From assembly GCA_016432445.1 (NCBI GenBank), contig CP066689.1:120001-152000 (forward strand): 32,000 nucleotides of DNA, read 5' to 3'. A model generated the notes under the pieces. The model had not been told where the DNA came from. It was given only the letters and a program-made list of their open reading frames with translations, and made no database searches. Below are positions 1 through 8,363 of this stretch, piece by piece; the stretch's first letter is position 1, and every line of letters begins with the position of its first letter. This DNA is from Candidatus Saccharimonadota bacterium (GTDB taxonomy: Bacteria; Patescibacteriota; Microgenomatia; UBA1406; GWC2-37-13). The position numbers were made by a program, and so were the translations under genes.

Positions 1-621
1 ATTTACTACAAAGTGGTTGATCCTGTAAAAGCGGAGTTTGAAGTTGAAGATTTTGATACTGCGGCTACCACTTTGGCTCAAACAAATCTAAGAAATGTTG
101 TTGGTGATAAAACCTTAGACGAAACTTTAACCGCTCGTGATGTCATCAATACCAGCTTGAGGAATGTGCTTGATGAGGCCACTCATGGATGGGGTGTCAA
201 AGTGACTCGCGTTGAGGTGCAAAAAATTGAGCCGCCTCCTGAGATCAGTGAGGCCATGAGTTTGCAGATGAGAGCTGAGCGGGAAAAAAGAGCCAAAATA
301 TTGCAGGCTGAAGGCATTAGACAAAGTTTTATCCTCGAGGCTGAAGGAAGACGAAACGCTGAGATTCTTAAGGCCGAAGGAGACGCTCAAGCAACAATCT
401 TAAAAGCTAATGCTGATAGTCAAGCTATTAAAAAAGTAGCTGAGTCTGCAGAAAATTACTTTACCGATAGGGCTCAAGCCTGGAGGCGTTTTGAAGTCTC
501 ATCAACGGTTTTGGAGAATAATACTAAGTATGTGATTCCATCATCTTCAGAGGTAGTTAATATCCTTAATCTTGATGGCGCCTCAAACGTCATCCCGCTT
601 GATAAACATACAAAAAAATAA
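1..621 (+). CDS. SPFH/band-7 (stomatin/prohibitin-like) protein, 5' end outside the window
   Basis: The frame is open from base 1 (IYYKVVDP...). Motifs [18 protein letters not shown] and [15 protein letters not shown], plus an A/E-rich tail ([15 protein letters not shown]...[12 protein letters not shown]), are typical of stomatin-type SPFH proteins. The GTG at 13 is probably internal. Confidence 0.85.
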   Translation: MYYKVVDPVKAEFEVEDFDTAATTLAQTNLRNVVGDKTLDETLTARDVINTSLRNVLDEATHGWGVKVTRVEVQKIEPPPEISEAMSLQMRAEREKRAKILQAEGIRQSFILEAEGRRNAEILKAEGDAQATILKANADSQAIKKVAESAENYFTDRAQAWRRFEVSSTVLENNTKYVIPSSSEVVNILNLDGASNVIPLDKHTKK

Positions 622-623
622 AA

Positions 624-2057
624 TTATTCCAGTTTGAGTTCGATGGCAACAACGGTGTTGGCAGGAATAAGGATTGATTTTTGAAGTTGCCCATTTTCTA
701 CTAAAGTATTTTTTATAATGGTTGGATTTCCCTCCAAATAAGTAATGGTCATTGTGTAACTGCCATTGGCTAGATTAAGAAAGGTCACTGGAACAAGTTC
801 GGTATTTTTATTGTCCTTATCGTAATTGACTAAAACTAAAGCAGTTTTGTTAGCAGAAGTGCTGGCTAAGCCATGAACAAAAGTTCCCTCCCCTTCAATA
901 TTAATCCATGTGCCTTCAAGGAGGCTTAAAAGCTTTAGCGCATAATAACGGGGTTTTTTTTCTCCATTATGACCGAGGATTCCCCAGCGGGGAGTTGGGC
1001 CGTCTTTAATATCAAAAAGAAATCCTAAGGTAAAATTATAACGAAGAAAATTTCTTAAAGCCGCAATCGTGTGGGCGGCACCAACGTTAGTATCAGCTAT
1101 TGGGTTAGGTTCGGAATCGTATCCCCACTCGCTGATAATACGAGGAAGCGATTGGTATCGGCTAAACTCAGGCGGGCTAAGCCAAGAATTAAGATTTCCG
1201 GCATCATCGGTAAAGTCATCTGTGTTTTTTGAGTAGTGATGCCAGGATAAAAAATCAACCCGGAGATTATTGCGTGACACATAATTTAAAAATACTTGGA
1301 TCCAGTTTTTATATAAAGCAGTAGGGACGGGTCCGCCGATAAAATAATTATTTATTTCTTGAGCTTGAGAGGCGCCTAAAACTGAGTAATAATAAAGCGT
1401 TTTATAATCTTTGCTTCCTTCATACAAGCTCCACTTTCCAAATGTTTCCAGGTCAGGTTCATTCCATACCTCATAATAAATATCCTTCATCCAATCGCCA
1501 GTAATCTGTCCGCATAACCTGGTTGTTTTACCGCTGTATCTTTCAACAGTTTTTTGAACAAGATTTTTCCATTCTTGCCAGTCACTGGGCACAGCAATAA
1601 GTGATCCATCAGAAGACATAACGGGAGGCATGTAGCCTAAAGAAAAAAACGGCTTGGCGCCAATTTGATAAATATCGCAGATTGTCGCGTCAAGCTGAGC
1701 CCAGTTAAAAACCAGGGATCCTTTTTCGTCCCGGCTGACAACGTCATAATAATCATAGATATGATCAAGCCTGATATATTGAGGGTTTAATGCCGAAACT
1801 TCAGGTACGACATTTTCTAGCATCCGGACTCCTTTTTCTTCTCCTCCTTGAGCTAAGGCCAGCCAGCGGTTAGGGACAGGTTTTGTCGTACGTTTCAAAT
1901 CAATGACAATATCTGCCTTGACTGCGCTGGCTTTTGAAAAATACTGAAAAGAAAAAAAGAATATAACAGGGAGAGTAATTGTTAGTAAAACAATTATAAA
2001 GAATAATATTATTTTCCTTAAACTCATAAGAATAATTATATCCAAAAAAAATTTCAT
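624..2057 (-). CDS. Membrane-anchored glycoside hydrolase, clan GH-A (GH39/GH5-like) TIM barrel
   Basis: It has an N-terminal TM anchor. YYEVWNEPDL matches an NEP acid/base motif and IISEWGYD a candidate nucleophile Glu, with a beta-sandwich-like C-terminus. The family assignment is by eye only. Confidence 0.6.
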   Translation of the reverse strand: MKFFLDIIILMSLRKIILFFIIVLLTITLPVIFFFSFQYFSKASAVKADIVIDLKRTTKPVPNRWLALAQGGEEKGVRMLENVVPEVSALNPQYIRLDHIYDYYDVVSRDEKGSLVFNWAQLDATICDIYQIGAKPFFSLGYMPPVMSSDGSLIAVPSDWQEWKNLVQKTVERYSGKTTRLCGQITGDWMKDIYYEVWNEPDLETFGKWSLYEGSKDYKTLYYYSVLGASQAQEINNYFIGGPVPTALYKNWIQVFLNYVSRNNLRVDFLSWHHYSKNTDDFTDDAGNLNSWLSPPEFSRYQSLPRIISEWGYDSEPNPIADTNVGAAHTIAALRNFLRYNFTLGFLFDIKDGPTPRWGILGHNGEKKPRYYALKLLSLLEGTWINIEGEGTFVHGLASTSANKTALVLVNYDKDNKNTELVPVTFLNLANGSYTMTITYLEGNPTIIKNTLVENGQLQKSILIPANTVVAIELKLE

Positions 2058-2152
2058 TGATTTTACTAAATTCTTACCGAAATTTTATACAAATGTTTTA
2101 ACCTGTTAATGTTAAGAATTAGTTTAGATTAAGAGAGGAGGTGAAGAAGAAC

Positions 2153-2368
2153 ATGAGAATGTCCGGTTTAGACATGATTACTTTTATAATTGTACTTATT
2201 GGAGCTTTTAACTGGGGGTTAATAGGACTTTTCGATTTCGACCTGGTTACATCTATTTTTGGATCTGGTACGCTTTTAACCCGAGTAACCTATGTGATTA
2301 TAGGTTTATCAGCAATATATTTAGCGGCTATAGCTCCAAGCTGGGGAGAACGATATCATAAGGCTTAA
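2153..2368 (+). CDS. DUF378-family small membrane protein
   Basis: GAFNWGLIGLFDFDLV is the DUF378 hallmark and the protein has two TM helices. GGAGG at 2137-2141 sits 11 nt before the ATG at 2153, so this start is preferred over the GTG at 2141 in the ORF track. Confidence 0.75.
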   Translation: MRMSGLDMITFIIVLIGAFNWGLIGLFDFDLVTSIFGSGTLLTRVTYVIIGLSAIYLAAIAPSWGERYHKA

Positions 2369-2376
2369 AAAAAGGG

Positions 2377-2709
2377 TTACAAAGTAAATAAACGGAGTTT
2401 TTTAGCCACTTTATATATATCTAAATATCCCAAGAAAAGCAGTACAGCTCCGAATGTCCCGACTGATAAAAAAAACAATTTTATTTCTCCGGCATTAAGA
2501 AGACCGCGATTGCCTTGCTGAAGTAAAAAATAAACAGCAAAAAGAATAGTATGGGCAATCGTACCTGCAGCAATTTTTTTCAAACCACGTCCGAGCGGTC
2601 CTCCCATTGCCTTGGCTGAGAGAACTGCATTAATAATAACTAAAAGACTAGGTATAAAAACGATCAAAAAACCAAACTTTAATACAAAATCATAAAGATA
2701 ATAAGGCAT
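2377..2709 (-). CDS. Hypothetical small integral membrane protein (3-4 TM)
   Basis: A 110-aa hydrophobic ORF with its own TTGACA-N18-TATACT promoter immediately upstream. I recognise no family. Confidence 0.55.
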   Translation of the reverse strand: MPYYLYDFVLKFGFLIVFIPSLLVIINAVLSAKAMGGPLGRGLKKIAAGTIAHTILFAVYFLLQQGNRGLLNAGEIKLFFLSVGTFGAVLLFLGYLDIYKVAKKLRLFTL

Positions 2710-2719
2710 ATCTATTTTT

Positions 2720-2771
2720 AGTATAGTTTGTTAATTAATTAATTGTCAAGCTTGTGAAATCTTACGTTAAT
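2720..2771. promoter_or_regulatory. Bidirectional promoter sharing a TTGTCAA/TTGACAA -35 core
   Basis: Minus strand: TTGACA (2744-2749), N18, TATACT (2720-2725), 10 nt before the ATG at 2709. Plus strand: TTGTCA (2743-2748), N17, GTTAAT (2766-2771), facing the 2843 gene. Confidence 0.35.
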
Positions 2772-2842
2772 TTTGCTTATTTCTTACGGCATCCTAATAC
2801 TTCTTTTTTATTCTTATAAAAATACTAATTTTTTAATTTATT

Positions 2843-3352
2843 ATGATTAAATACAGGAATACCTTTCTTTTTATTATTTCAATAATACTTCTTGTAGGTA
2901 TGATATGGCTGTTTCAGCAATCGCCCAATACAAGCAGATTAACAGGGAATTCTTATCCTCAGGTTGGACAAGGAGGAGCTCCCCCAACTAAAGAGCCAAT
3001 TCAAACTAATTCAAACTCAGTAGAGATAAAAATGTTTCTTATAGAAGGCAGCCCAGTTCGGCAGTTAGGTAAAGCTTTTATTGAGGAGATTGATGGAGTA
3101 TTGAGAGTAAGAGTTGAGCTTAATAATCCAACCGGTATTGCAGTTTCTCAACCAGCACACTTGCATATGGGTGAGTGTCCCGGTGTTGGTCGGATTGCTT
3201 ATTCTTTAAATAATGTAGTTAATGGCCAGTCAGAAACTATTCTTAATCTGACTCTTGATCAACTGAAAAGTCAGCTGCCATTGGCTTTAAATGTTCATAA
3301 ATCGGCGGAGGAAATGAATGTCTATACTGCTTGCGGTAATATTCCTTTTTAA
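2843..3352 (+). CDS. Secreted or membrane-anchored CHRD-like domain protein
   Basis: It has an N-terminal TM/signal segment. AHLHMGECPGVGRIAYSL and ALNVHKSAEEMNVYTACGNI resemble the two CHRD motifs (aHiH.G..G and NvH......G.i). Confidence 0.5.
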   Translation: MIKYRNTFLFIISIILLVGMIWLFQQSPNTSRLTGNSYPQVGQGGAPPTKEPIQTNSNSVEIKMFLIEGSPVRQLGKAFIEEIDGVLRVRVELNNPTGIAVSQPAHLHMGECPGVGRIAYSLNNVVNGQSETILNLTLDQLKSQLPLALNVHKSAEEMNVYTACGNIPF

Positions 3353-3357
3353 AGCTA

Positions 3358-3924
3358 TCAATTAAACTTTCTGACAACGGCTTTAACGATTCCATGGATT
3401 TGAAGTTCCTGGCGGGGGAAAAAAGGAGGATATTTGGGGTTAGCCGAAGCTAAATATGATTTTTTTTGATTATCTTTTCGCAAAATTTTTAATGTCCATT
3501 CGCGATCGATTTGAGCGAGAACAATATCTCCGGATAAAGCTTGTTGACTTCTTTCAATAATAACCAGGTCTCCATCAAAAATACCGACATTTATTAAAGA
3601 ATCGCCACTGACTCTTAAAATAAATGAGGAATGAGGATCTTCAATAAGATACTCATCAAGGGTAAGATAATTTTTATCCTCTTCAGCTAAGATAGGGAAA
3701 CCAGCTTTAATTATTCCCAAAAAAGGGAGGCTGAAAAATTTAGAAGTTGGAGCAAGTTTACGAGCATCTTTTTTTATAAGTCCTTCTTCTATCCATTTTT
3801 GAATGATCCTGTAAATAGCGTTTTTTGAGGAAAAATCAAACAGTTTGAGCATCTCTGAATAAGAAGGTAAGCGCTTATGAAATTTATAGAATCTTTTTAC
3901 CGTGTCCAAGTGATCAAGTTTCAT
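3358..3924 (-). CDS. lexA: LexA-type SOS repressor (winged HTH plus S24 self-cleaving peptidase)
   Basis: The cleavage-site region is IIKAGFPILAEE. The catalytic Ser lies in VSGDSLINVGIFDGDLVII and the catalytic Lys in WTLKILRK. Confidence 0.85.
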   Translation of the reverse strand: MKLDHLDTVKRFYKFHKRLPSYSEMLKLFDFSSKNAIYRIIQKWIEEGLIKKDARKLAPTSKFFSLPFLGIIKAGFPILAEEDKNYLTLDEYLIEDPHSSFILRVSGDSLINVGIFDGDLVIIERSQQALSGDIVLAQIDREWTLKILRKDNQKKSYLASANPKYPPFFPRQELQIHGIVKAVVRKFN

Positions 3925-3930
3925 AGACTA

Positions 3931-3980
3931 AGTCTAGTAAACTATCGTTCACTTTGTCAAGCTTAAATTTTTGATATAAT
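3931..3980. promoter_or_regulatory. Bidirectional lexA / aminopeptidase promoter with overlapping -35 hexamers
   Basis: Minus strand: TTGACA (3955-3960), N18, TAGACT (3931-3936), only 6 nt before the lexA ATG. Plus strand: TTGTCA (3954-3959) and an extended -10 TGATATAAT (3972-3980). A GAAGGAA SD follows before the ATG at 4003. Confidence 0.45.
3937..3952. promoter_or_regulatory. Candidate LexA operator (Cheo-box-like AAAC-N4-GTTC)
   Basis: GTAAACTATCGTTCAC lies in the spacer of the lexA promoter. It has one mismatch to the Gram-positive-type GAAC-N4-GTTC core. Confidence 0.35.
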
Positions 3981-4002
3981 TTAGACTGAAGGAACAATCT
4001 TT

Positions 4003-5094
4003 ATGAATAATCGCATTGGAAAATTTCGAAAAATATTCTTAGACAAAAATTATTCTGCTTTTTTAGTAACGAATCCTTACAACATTGCTTATTTAACTGG
4101 TTTTAATGGTTTATCTCCTGAAGAAAGAGAAGCCTTTTTATTTTTAACTCTAAATAATTCTTATTTTTTTACTTACGGCACCTATTTTAATTTATTATTA
4201 GTTAAAAAAAATAAAACTAATAACATTACTACATATTTAATTGAACCAGGAAAAAATATTTATGATTATTTATCTCAGATTATTGAAAAAGATAAGATTA
4301 ATAATGTAGGTTTTGAAGCCGATGATCTAAAATTTTCCGAGCATGAGATACTAAAGCAAAAGACAAAAATTAATCTTATTGCCGCCAGTCAGTTAATAAA
4401 TAAACAGAGAACAATCAAAGATAAAGAAGAGATTGAAAATATTCAAAAAGCCTGTGATCTTATCGATAAATGCTTAAAGGATATTATTAAAATAATTAAA
4501 GTTGGAATATCAGAAAGTGAGATATTTTTTTTAATAGAAAAATGGATTAAGACTAAAGGATATGGACTAGCTTTTGCGCCAATTGTGGCGGTTGATGCAA
4601 ACTCGGCTCTGCCTCATTACTCGGGCGAAAAAAACTCAGAAGTGAAAAAAGGATCAATAGTCCTTATTGACTGTGGAGTTAAATACAAAGGTTATGTTTC
4701 TGATATTACTAGGGTTTTTTTAATTGGTAAAAGAGATGATGATTTTACTCAAGTCTATAATCAACTTCTTGAAGCTCAAAAAAAGACAATTGAGGAAATA
4801 AAAATAGGGATGGAGTGTAAATTTGTTGATGAATTTTGCCGGCAGGAATGTGAAAAAAATAATTTACCTAATTATCTGCATTCAACCGGCCATAGCTTAG
4901 GACTTGAGATTCATGAACTTCCTAGATTTGCAACTACATCATCTGACATTGTTGAAGATAATCAAGTTTTCACCATTGAACCTGGAGTTTACATTGAAGG
5001 GAAATGGGGGATAAGAATTGAAGACACCATTGTCATGAAAAACGGAGAAGCCGAAATTTTAACGAAGTTTCCTAAAAAATTAATGGTTTTATGA
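4003..5094 (+). CDS. M24-family Xaa-Pro aminopeptidase/dipeptidase
   Basis: Metal-ligand motifs are present: VLIDCGVKYKGYVSDITR, HSTGHSLGLEIHE, EPGVY and IRIEDT. A creatinase-like N-domain precedes them. Confidence 0.85.
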   Translation: MNNRIGKFRKIFLDKNYSAFLVTNPYNIAYLTGFNGLSPEEREAFLFLTLNNSYFFTYGTYFNLLLVKKNKTNNITTYLIEPGKNIYDYLSQIIEKDKINNVGFEADDLKFSEHEILKQKTKINLIAASQLINKQRTIKDKEEIENIQKACDLIDKCLKDIIKIIKVGISESEIFFLIEKWIKTKGYGLAFAPIVAVDANSALPHYSGEKNSEVKKGSIVLIDCGVKYKGYVSDITRVFLIGKRDDDFTQVYNQLLEAQKKTIEEIKIGMECKFVDEFCRQECEKNNLPNYLHSTGHSLGLEIHELPRFATTSSDIVEDNQVFTIEPGVYIEGKWGIRIEDTIVMKNGEAEILTKFPKKLMVL

Positions 5095-7662
5095 TGAATT
5101 ATCTGTCTGATTATTGTTAGTCTTTTCTTCTTCCTTTTTAGGTTCTGGTTCTTTTAGTTTGTCTTTTTCTTCGTCTATCTTTAACTCCTCTGCCATGGTC
5201 ATGGTTTTTGAGGCTTCTTCTTTTTTGGCTAGAGGTACGTCAACCAATACTTCCTCAGCTTTTGATTGAAGTTTTTCAGTAATCTCTTTTTCTTTATCAA
5301 TCTGCCCTTGAACAGTTTTAGCGGCTTCAAGCTTAGCTTTAAGGTAAACCAAAAGTTCATCTCCTTTTAAGTTGTTAATCATAAATATGGGCAGAATATA
5401 GCCAATCTCATCTAATCCTTGATTTTTTAACTCAGGATTATCTGAGATGAGTTTATTTAAAGTATTGGTGATAAAGACAATGTCCTGATCAATCCATTGC
5501 TCGCGATTAGTTAGATTTTCAGTTACTGGTACCTCACCTTTCTCGTATTGCTGAATCCACATTTTCTTAACTTCTTCATAGTCTTCAATGGAGATGGTTG
5601 AAGGAATAGCTACAGTTTGTTCAATATTCATTTCAGGTTCAGCGATAAGAGGAGTTTGGGCCTGAACAACTTTTTCAACCTGATCTTCAGTGATTTGTTC
5701 TTTTTGAGCCACCTGTTTAACCAGTTCTTTATTCTGGCTTATAGCTTCTGCCATTTGTTTGACAACTTTCACGACTTGTTCTTTTTGCAAACCAGTTTCT
5801 TGGGTTATATTTTGAATAACCTGAGTTGATGGTTTTTGCGAGTTCTGTTTATATGATGCAATTACTGTTTGAACTTGAGAAGTTGAGACGTGAGCATTTT
5901 GAGCGATTGAGTTAACAACATTGGTTTGTGAAGTTATGGTGTCGGCCAAAGAAGCTGTGATTGAGGATACTTTTTCTGTTGGAAGTTTTACTTTGTAAGA
6001 CACAACTTGAGTTACCGGCGTCAGCTTAAGGGTTGTCTGCAGAATCTTTTCTCTGTTTTGCATGCGTTCAACTGTTGAGGCGGATGTGGTTGATAAGATC
6101 TGTTTGGCCAGAGTATCTTCTTTTATGGCGCGATTGAAAAGCTCAGTTCTGATATTCATATATTTCTGCCTTTCAACAGGTGTTTGAGCTTTAGTTGGAT
6201 TGGAAAGGTAATCCATATTTTGTCTTATTGTTTGCTGAGTTTGTTTGTTGGTTTCGATGCGGGCAATATCAGTTAATTTGGTAGCTGATAAATTAAGCGA
6301 TTTAGTAATTTCTTCTGTTTTTGTTTTTTTAATTTCCTCAAGTGTCTCAAGCTTAACTTTAACAGGTATGTTCATTTCCTCTGTCATTTTAAGTTTTGCA
6401 CCAAAAGATGATGGAGTGGATGGTGAAGTGGGAGAAGGCGGAGTCGGTCCGTTTCTTTTTTGATCATATAATGACAAAAGAATATTCTTCATAGCGTTTA
6501 TGCCATCACAGCAGTAGTCTCTAAAAATTCTTAGTAAAAGCCAGGGTAAAAAAATCGCTACCCAAAGCATAAGGAGAGTAATTACATATTCAACAAAAGT
6601 ATCAATATAGTTGCCATTATTTAAAACAGATAGACTTTGAGCAGGCCCGCCATACAAAATGCTTATAGCAGTGGGATAAATATATCCATCAGGATTACCT
6701 GCCCGCTGAAAATCAAAAATAAAAGGAATGCCTTCTCTCCAGATTCGGGCCAGCCCTCCAAGAAATAAAGCAAATAAAGGACCATAAAAAAGCCATTGGA
6801 AAAAAACGCCTATCCAAACCCAGCCGATATTTCTTATGAAAACAAAAGGAAGAAGAATAGCTAAAAAAGGTGAGATAAAAAGTAAAAACCAGAGAATAAT
6901 CTTTCTTAATAAGATCATTACTCCCATGAGGTAATAGGTAATATTGGTAAGCTTCATCATAAATAACTCTGTTTGGGCTGCTTCCTGTACTCCAAAGTTT
7001 AAGTCGCGGCACCCTGGTGTCTGAAGATAATTTGATTCCTGGCTAGTTGAGGAAGCAAAATAAATATTAAAAAGATCTTTTCCTCCTAAATTTTCCATGA
7101 AAAATTTCATCATAATTTCTGATAACTGAATAAGAAAAAGAACAATAGCAGCAGAGAAAGTGATAAAAAACAAAGCTCCGGCGATTTTCAAAACTGACGG
7201 CCAAATTTTTATTTTGAAATCAAAACTGGTTCTTTGACTGATTATAAAACCAATGCCCAAAATAGCGGCCAGTAAAACAACAAAAAAATAAGAAATGTTT
7301 CGAGTAGTATTCCAAACAGACTTTATAGTCGGATGATCATCAATAGCGTTTTTATTTAATACCCAAGATATAAATTGTCTAGCTCTTTCATTAGATTGCC
7401 CTTGAATTTTAACTTCAGGATCCTCAGCCCAAAAGTGAGACTGGGCTGGATTTTGTTTAAATTCATCAAAAGTAGCAACACAAGTTTCACCTCGAGATTG
7501 ATAAATACTTTTTATACTGGCTGGACAATCAACTCCGCCTTGGCAAGGTGTAGGATCAAGCTCTACTTTTATAGATTCTTTTGCCCAAACAGCAGTAGAG
7601 ATATTTATAACGGTTATAATTGTTATAAACGTTATAAATATTATAAAAATTATTTTTCTCAT
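5089..7662 (-). CDS. 857-aa secreted/polytopic membrane protein with a Pro/Thr/Ser linker and long Q/E/K/V-rich C-terminal region (tentatively VirB6/TrbL-like)
   Basis: The start is placed at MRKIIFIIFITFITIITV (ATG 7660-7662), which forms an ATGA overlap with the stop of the upstream cohesin-like gene. After the signal peptide comes a Cys-containing ectodomain, about 8 or more TM helices, the linker PTPPSPTSPSTPSS, and a helical repeat-like tail (SQVQTVI, EQVVKVV, DQVEKVV). The VirB6 resemblance is architectural only. Confidence 0.65.
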   Translation of the reverse strand: MRKIIFIIFITFITIITVINISTAVWAKESIKVELDPTPCQGGVDCPASIKSIYQSRGETCVATFDEFKQNPAQSHFWAEDPEVKIQGQSNERARQFISWVLNKNAIDDHPTIKSVWNTTRNISYFFVVLLAAILGIGFIISQRTSFDFKIKIWPSVLKIAGALFFITFSAAIVLFLIQLSEIMMKFFMENLGGKDLFNIYFASSTSQESNYLQTPGCRDLNFGVQEAAQTELFMMKLTNITYYLMGVMILLRKIILWFLLFISPFLAILLPFVFIRNIGWVWIGVFFQWLFYGPLFALFLGGLARIWREGIPFIFDFQRAGNPDGYIYPTAISILYGGPAQSLSVLNNGNYIDTFVEYVITLLMLWVAIFLPWLLLRIFRDYCCDGINAMKNILLSLYDQKRNGPTPPSPTSPSTPSSFGAKLKMTEEMNIPVKVKLETLEEIKKTKTEEITKSLNLSATKLTDIARIETNKQTQQTIRQNMDYLSNPTKAQTPVERQKYMNIRTELFNRAIKEDTLAKQILSTTSASTVERMQNREKILQTTLKLTPVTQVVSYKVKLPTEKVSSITASLADTITSQTNVVNSIAQNAHVSTSQVQTVIASYKQNSQKPSTQVIQNITQETGLQKEQVVKVVKQMAEAISQNKELVKQVAQKEQITEDQVEKVVQAQTPLIAEPEMNIEQTVAIPSTISIEDYEEVKKMWIQQYEKGEVPVTENLTNREQWIDQDIVFITNTLNKLISDNPELKNQGLDEIGYILPIFMINNLKGDELLVYLKAKLEAAKTVQGQIDKEKEITEKLQSKAEEVLVDVPLAKKEEASKTMTMAEELKIDEEKDKLKEPEPKKEEEKTNNNQTDNSS
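7604..7640 (-). repeat. 9-bp-periodic (G/T)TTATAAC array inside signal-peptide coding sequence (copy A)
   Basis: Units start at 7604, 7613, 7622 and 7631 on the plus strand. GTTATAAC is its own reverse complement. The array encodes the ITFITIITV core. Confidence 0.8.
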
Positions 7663-8288
7663 GGCTGCTTTTTTGGGTGATAAGGTTGGTGATGTTTTTT
7701 TTGGGGATGATTTCTTCGTAAACTTAAAAAAAGATAACTGCTTATAGCTAAAGCTGCAATTCCAATCAGTGTTCCACCATAAGCAGTCGCTGTATTTCCG
7801 CTTCTGGGAAGCTGAGTTGGGGCAACTGTTGCCCCAGCAGGTATCGTAGGGACGGCAGTTGGAGCTGATGTTGGAGTAGTTGATGGCGCAAATAAAGTGC
7901 AAAGCTCTGTTGATCCGGGAGCCTGAGCAATAATTTTAAAATTGATATAGGCAAAAATACCTTTGCCTTTGAACCCTGAAGGATTAGAACCAGTCATCAG
8001 TATTTTTCCTCCTCCTAGATCTTGTACGTCAAGTTGAGATACGGCATCACCTGGAGTTACGCTTAAATATTGTAGATATTGTGTTTGATAAGATGCTCCA
8101 ACTTGAGTTGAGGTTATTGAGCCTGTTCCAGTATCAATGTTAACTGTAAACTGAATTTCTTGACCTCTTGTTAATTGTCCGCTTGGAGGGATAAGGTCAA
8201 ATGAAACTGCAGCCAAAGTTGATGATGGCAGAAAAATAATTCCTATAATTAAAAATAGGACGCTTAAGATTTTTTTAATCGGAAACAT
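7659..8288 (-). CDS. Cohesin-like domain surface protein with C-terminal LPxTG-like sorting signal
   Basis: After the signal peptide, the domain pattern EIQFTVNIDTG...YLQYLSVTPGD...GIFAYINFKIIAQAPG resembles a type I cohesin. It is followed by a P/T/A linker, LPRSGN, a hydrophobic helix and a basic tail (RRNHPQKKHH). Confidence 0.55.
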   Translation of the reverse strand: MFPIKKILSVLFLIIGIIFLPSSTLAAVSFDLIPPSGQLTRGQEIQFTVNIDTGTGSITSTQVGASYQTQYLQYLSVTPGDAVSQLDVQDLGGGKILMTGSNPSGFKGKGIFAYINFKIIAQAPGSTELCTLFAPSTTPTSAPTAVPTIPAGATVAPTQLPRSGNTATAYGGTLIGIAALAISSYLFLSLRRNHPQKKHHQPYHPKKQP

Positions 8289-8294
8289 ACTATC

Positions 8295-8346
8295 ATGGTA
8301 ACGAAAACTTTTTATATTGACAAGAGTTATTTATATTTGTTAGTCT
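8295..8346. promoter_or_regulatory. Bidirectional promoter sharing a TTGACAA core
   Basis: Plus strand: TTGACA (8317-8322), N18, TAGTCT (8341-8346), with AAAGGA/AGGG before the ATG at 8364. Minus strand: TTGTCA (8318-8323), N17, TACCAT (8295-8300), 6 nt before the ATG at 8288. Confidence 0.4.
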
Positions 8347-8363
8347 AAAGGATAGGGTTAGAT

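Noticed and set aside
7663-7902. The N-terminal 80-aa extension of the 5089..7902 ORF (MHFICAINYS...)
   Set aside because: It overlaps the C-terminal coding region of the cohesin-like gene in another frame and is Cys/Trp/Asn-rich nonsense. A canonical signal peptide starts at the internal ATG at 7662, which makes an ATGA overlap with the upstream stop.
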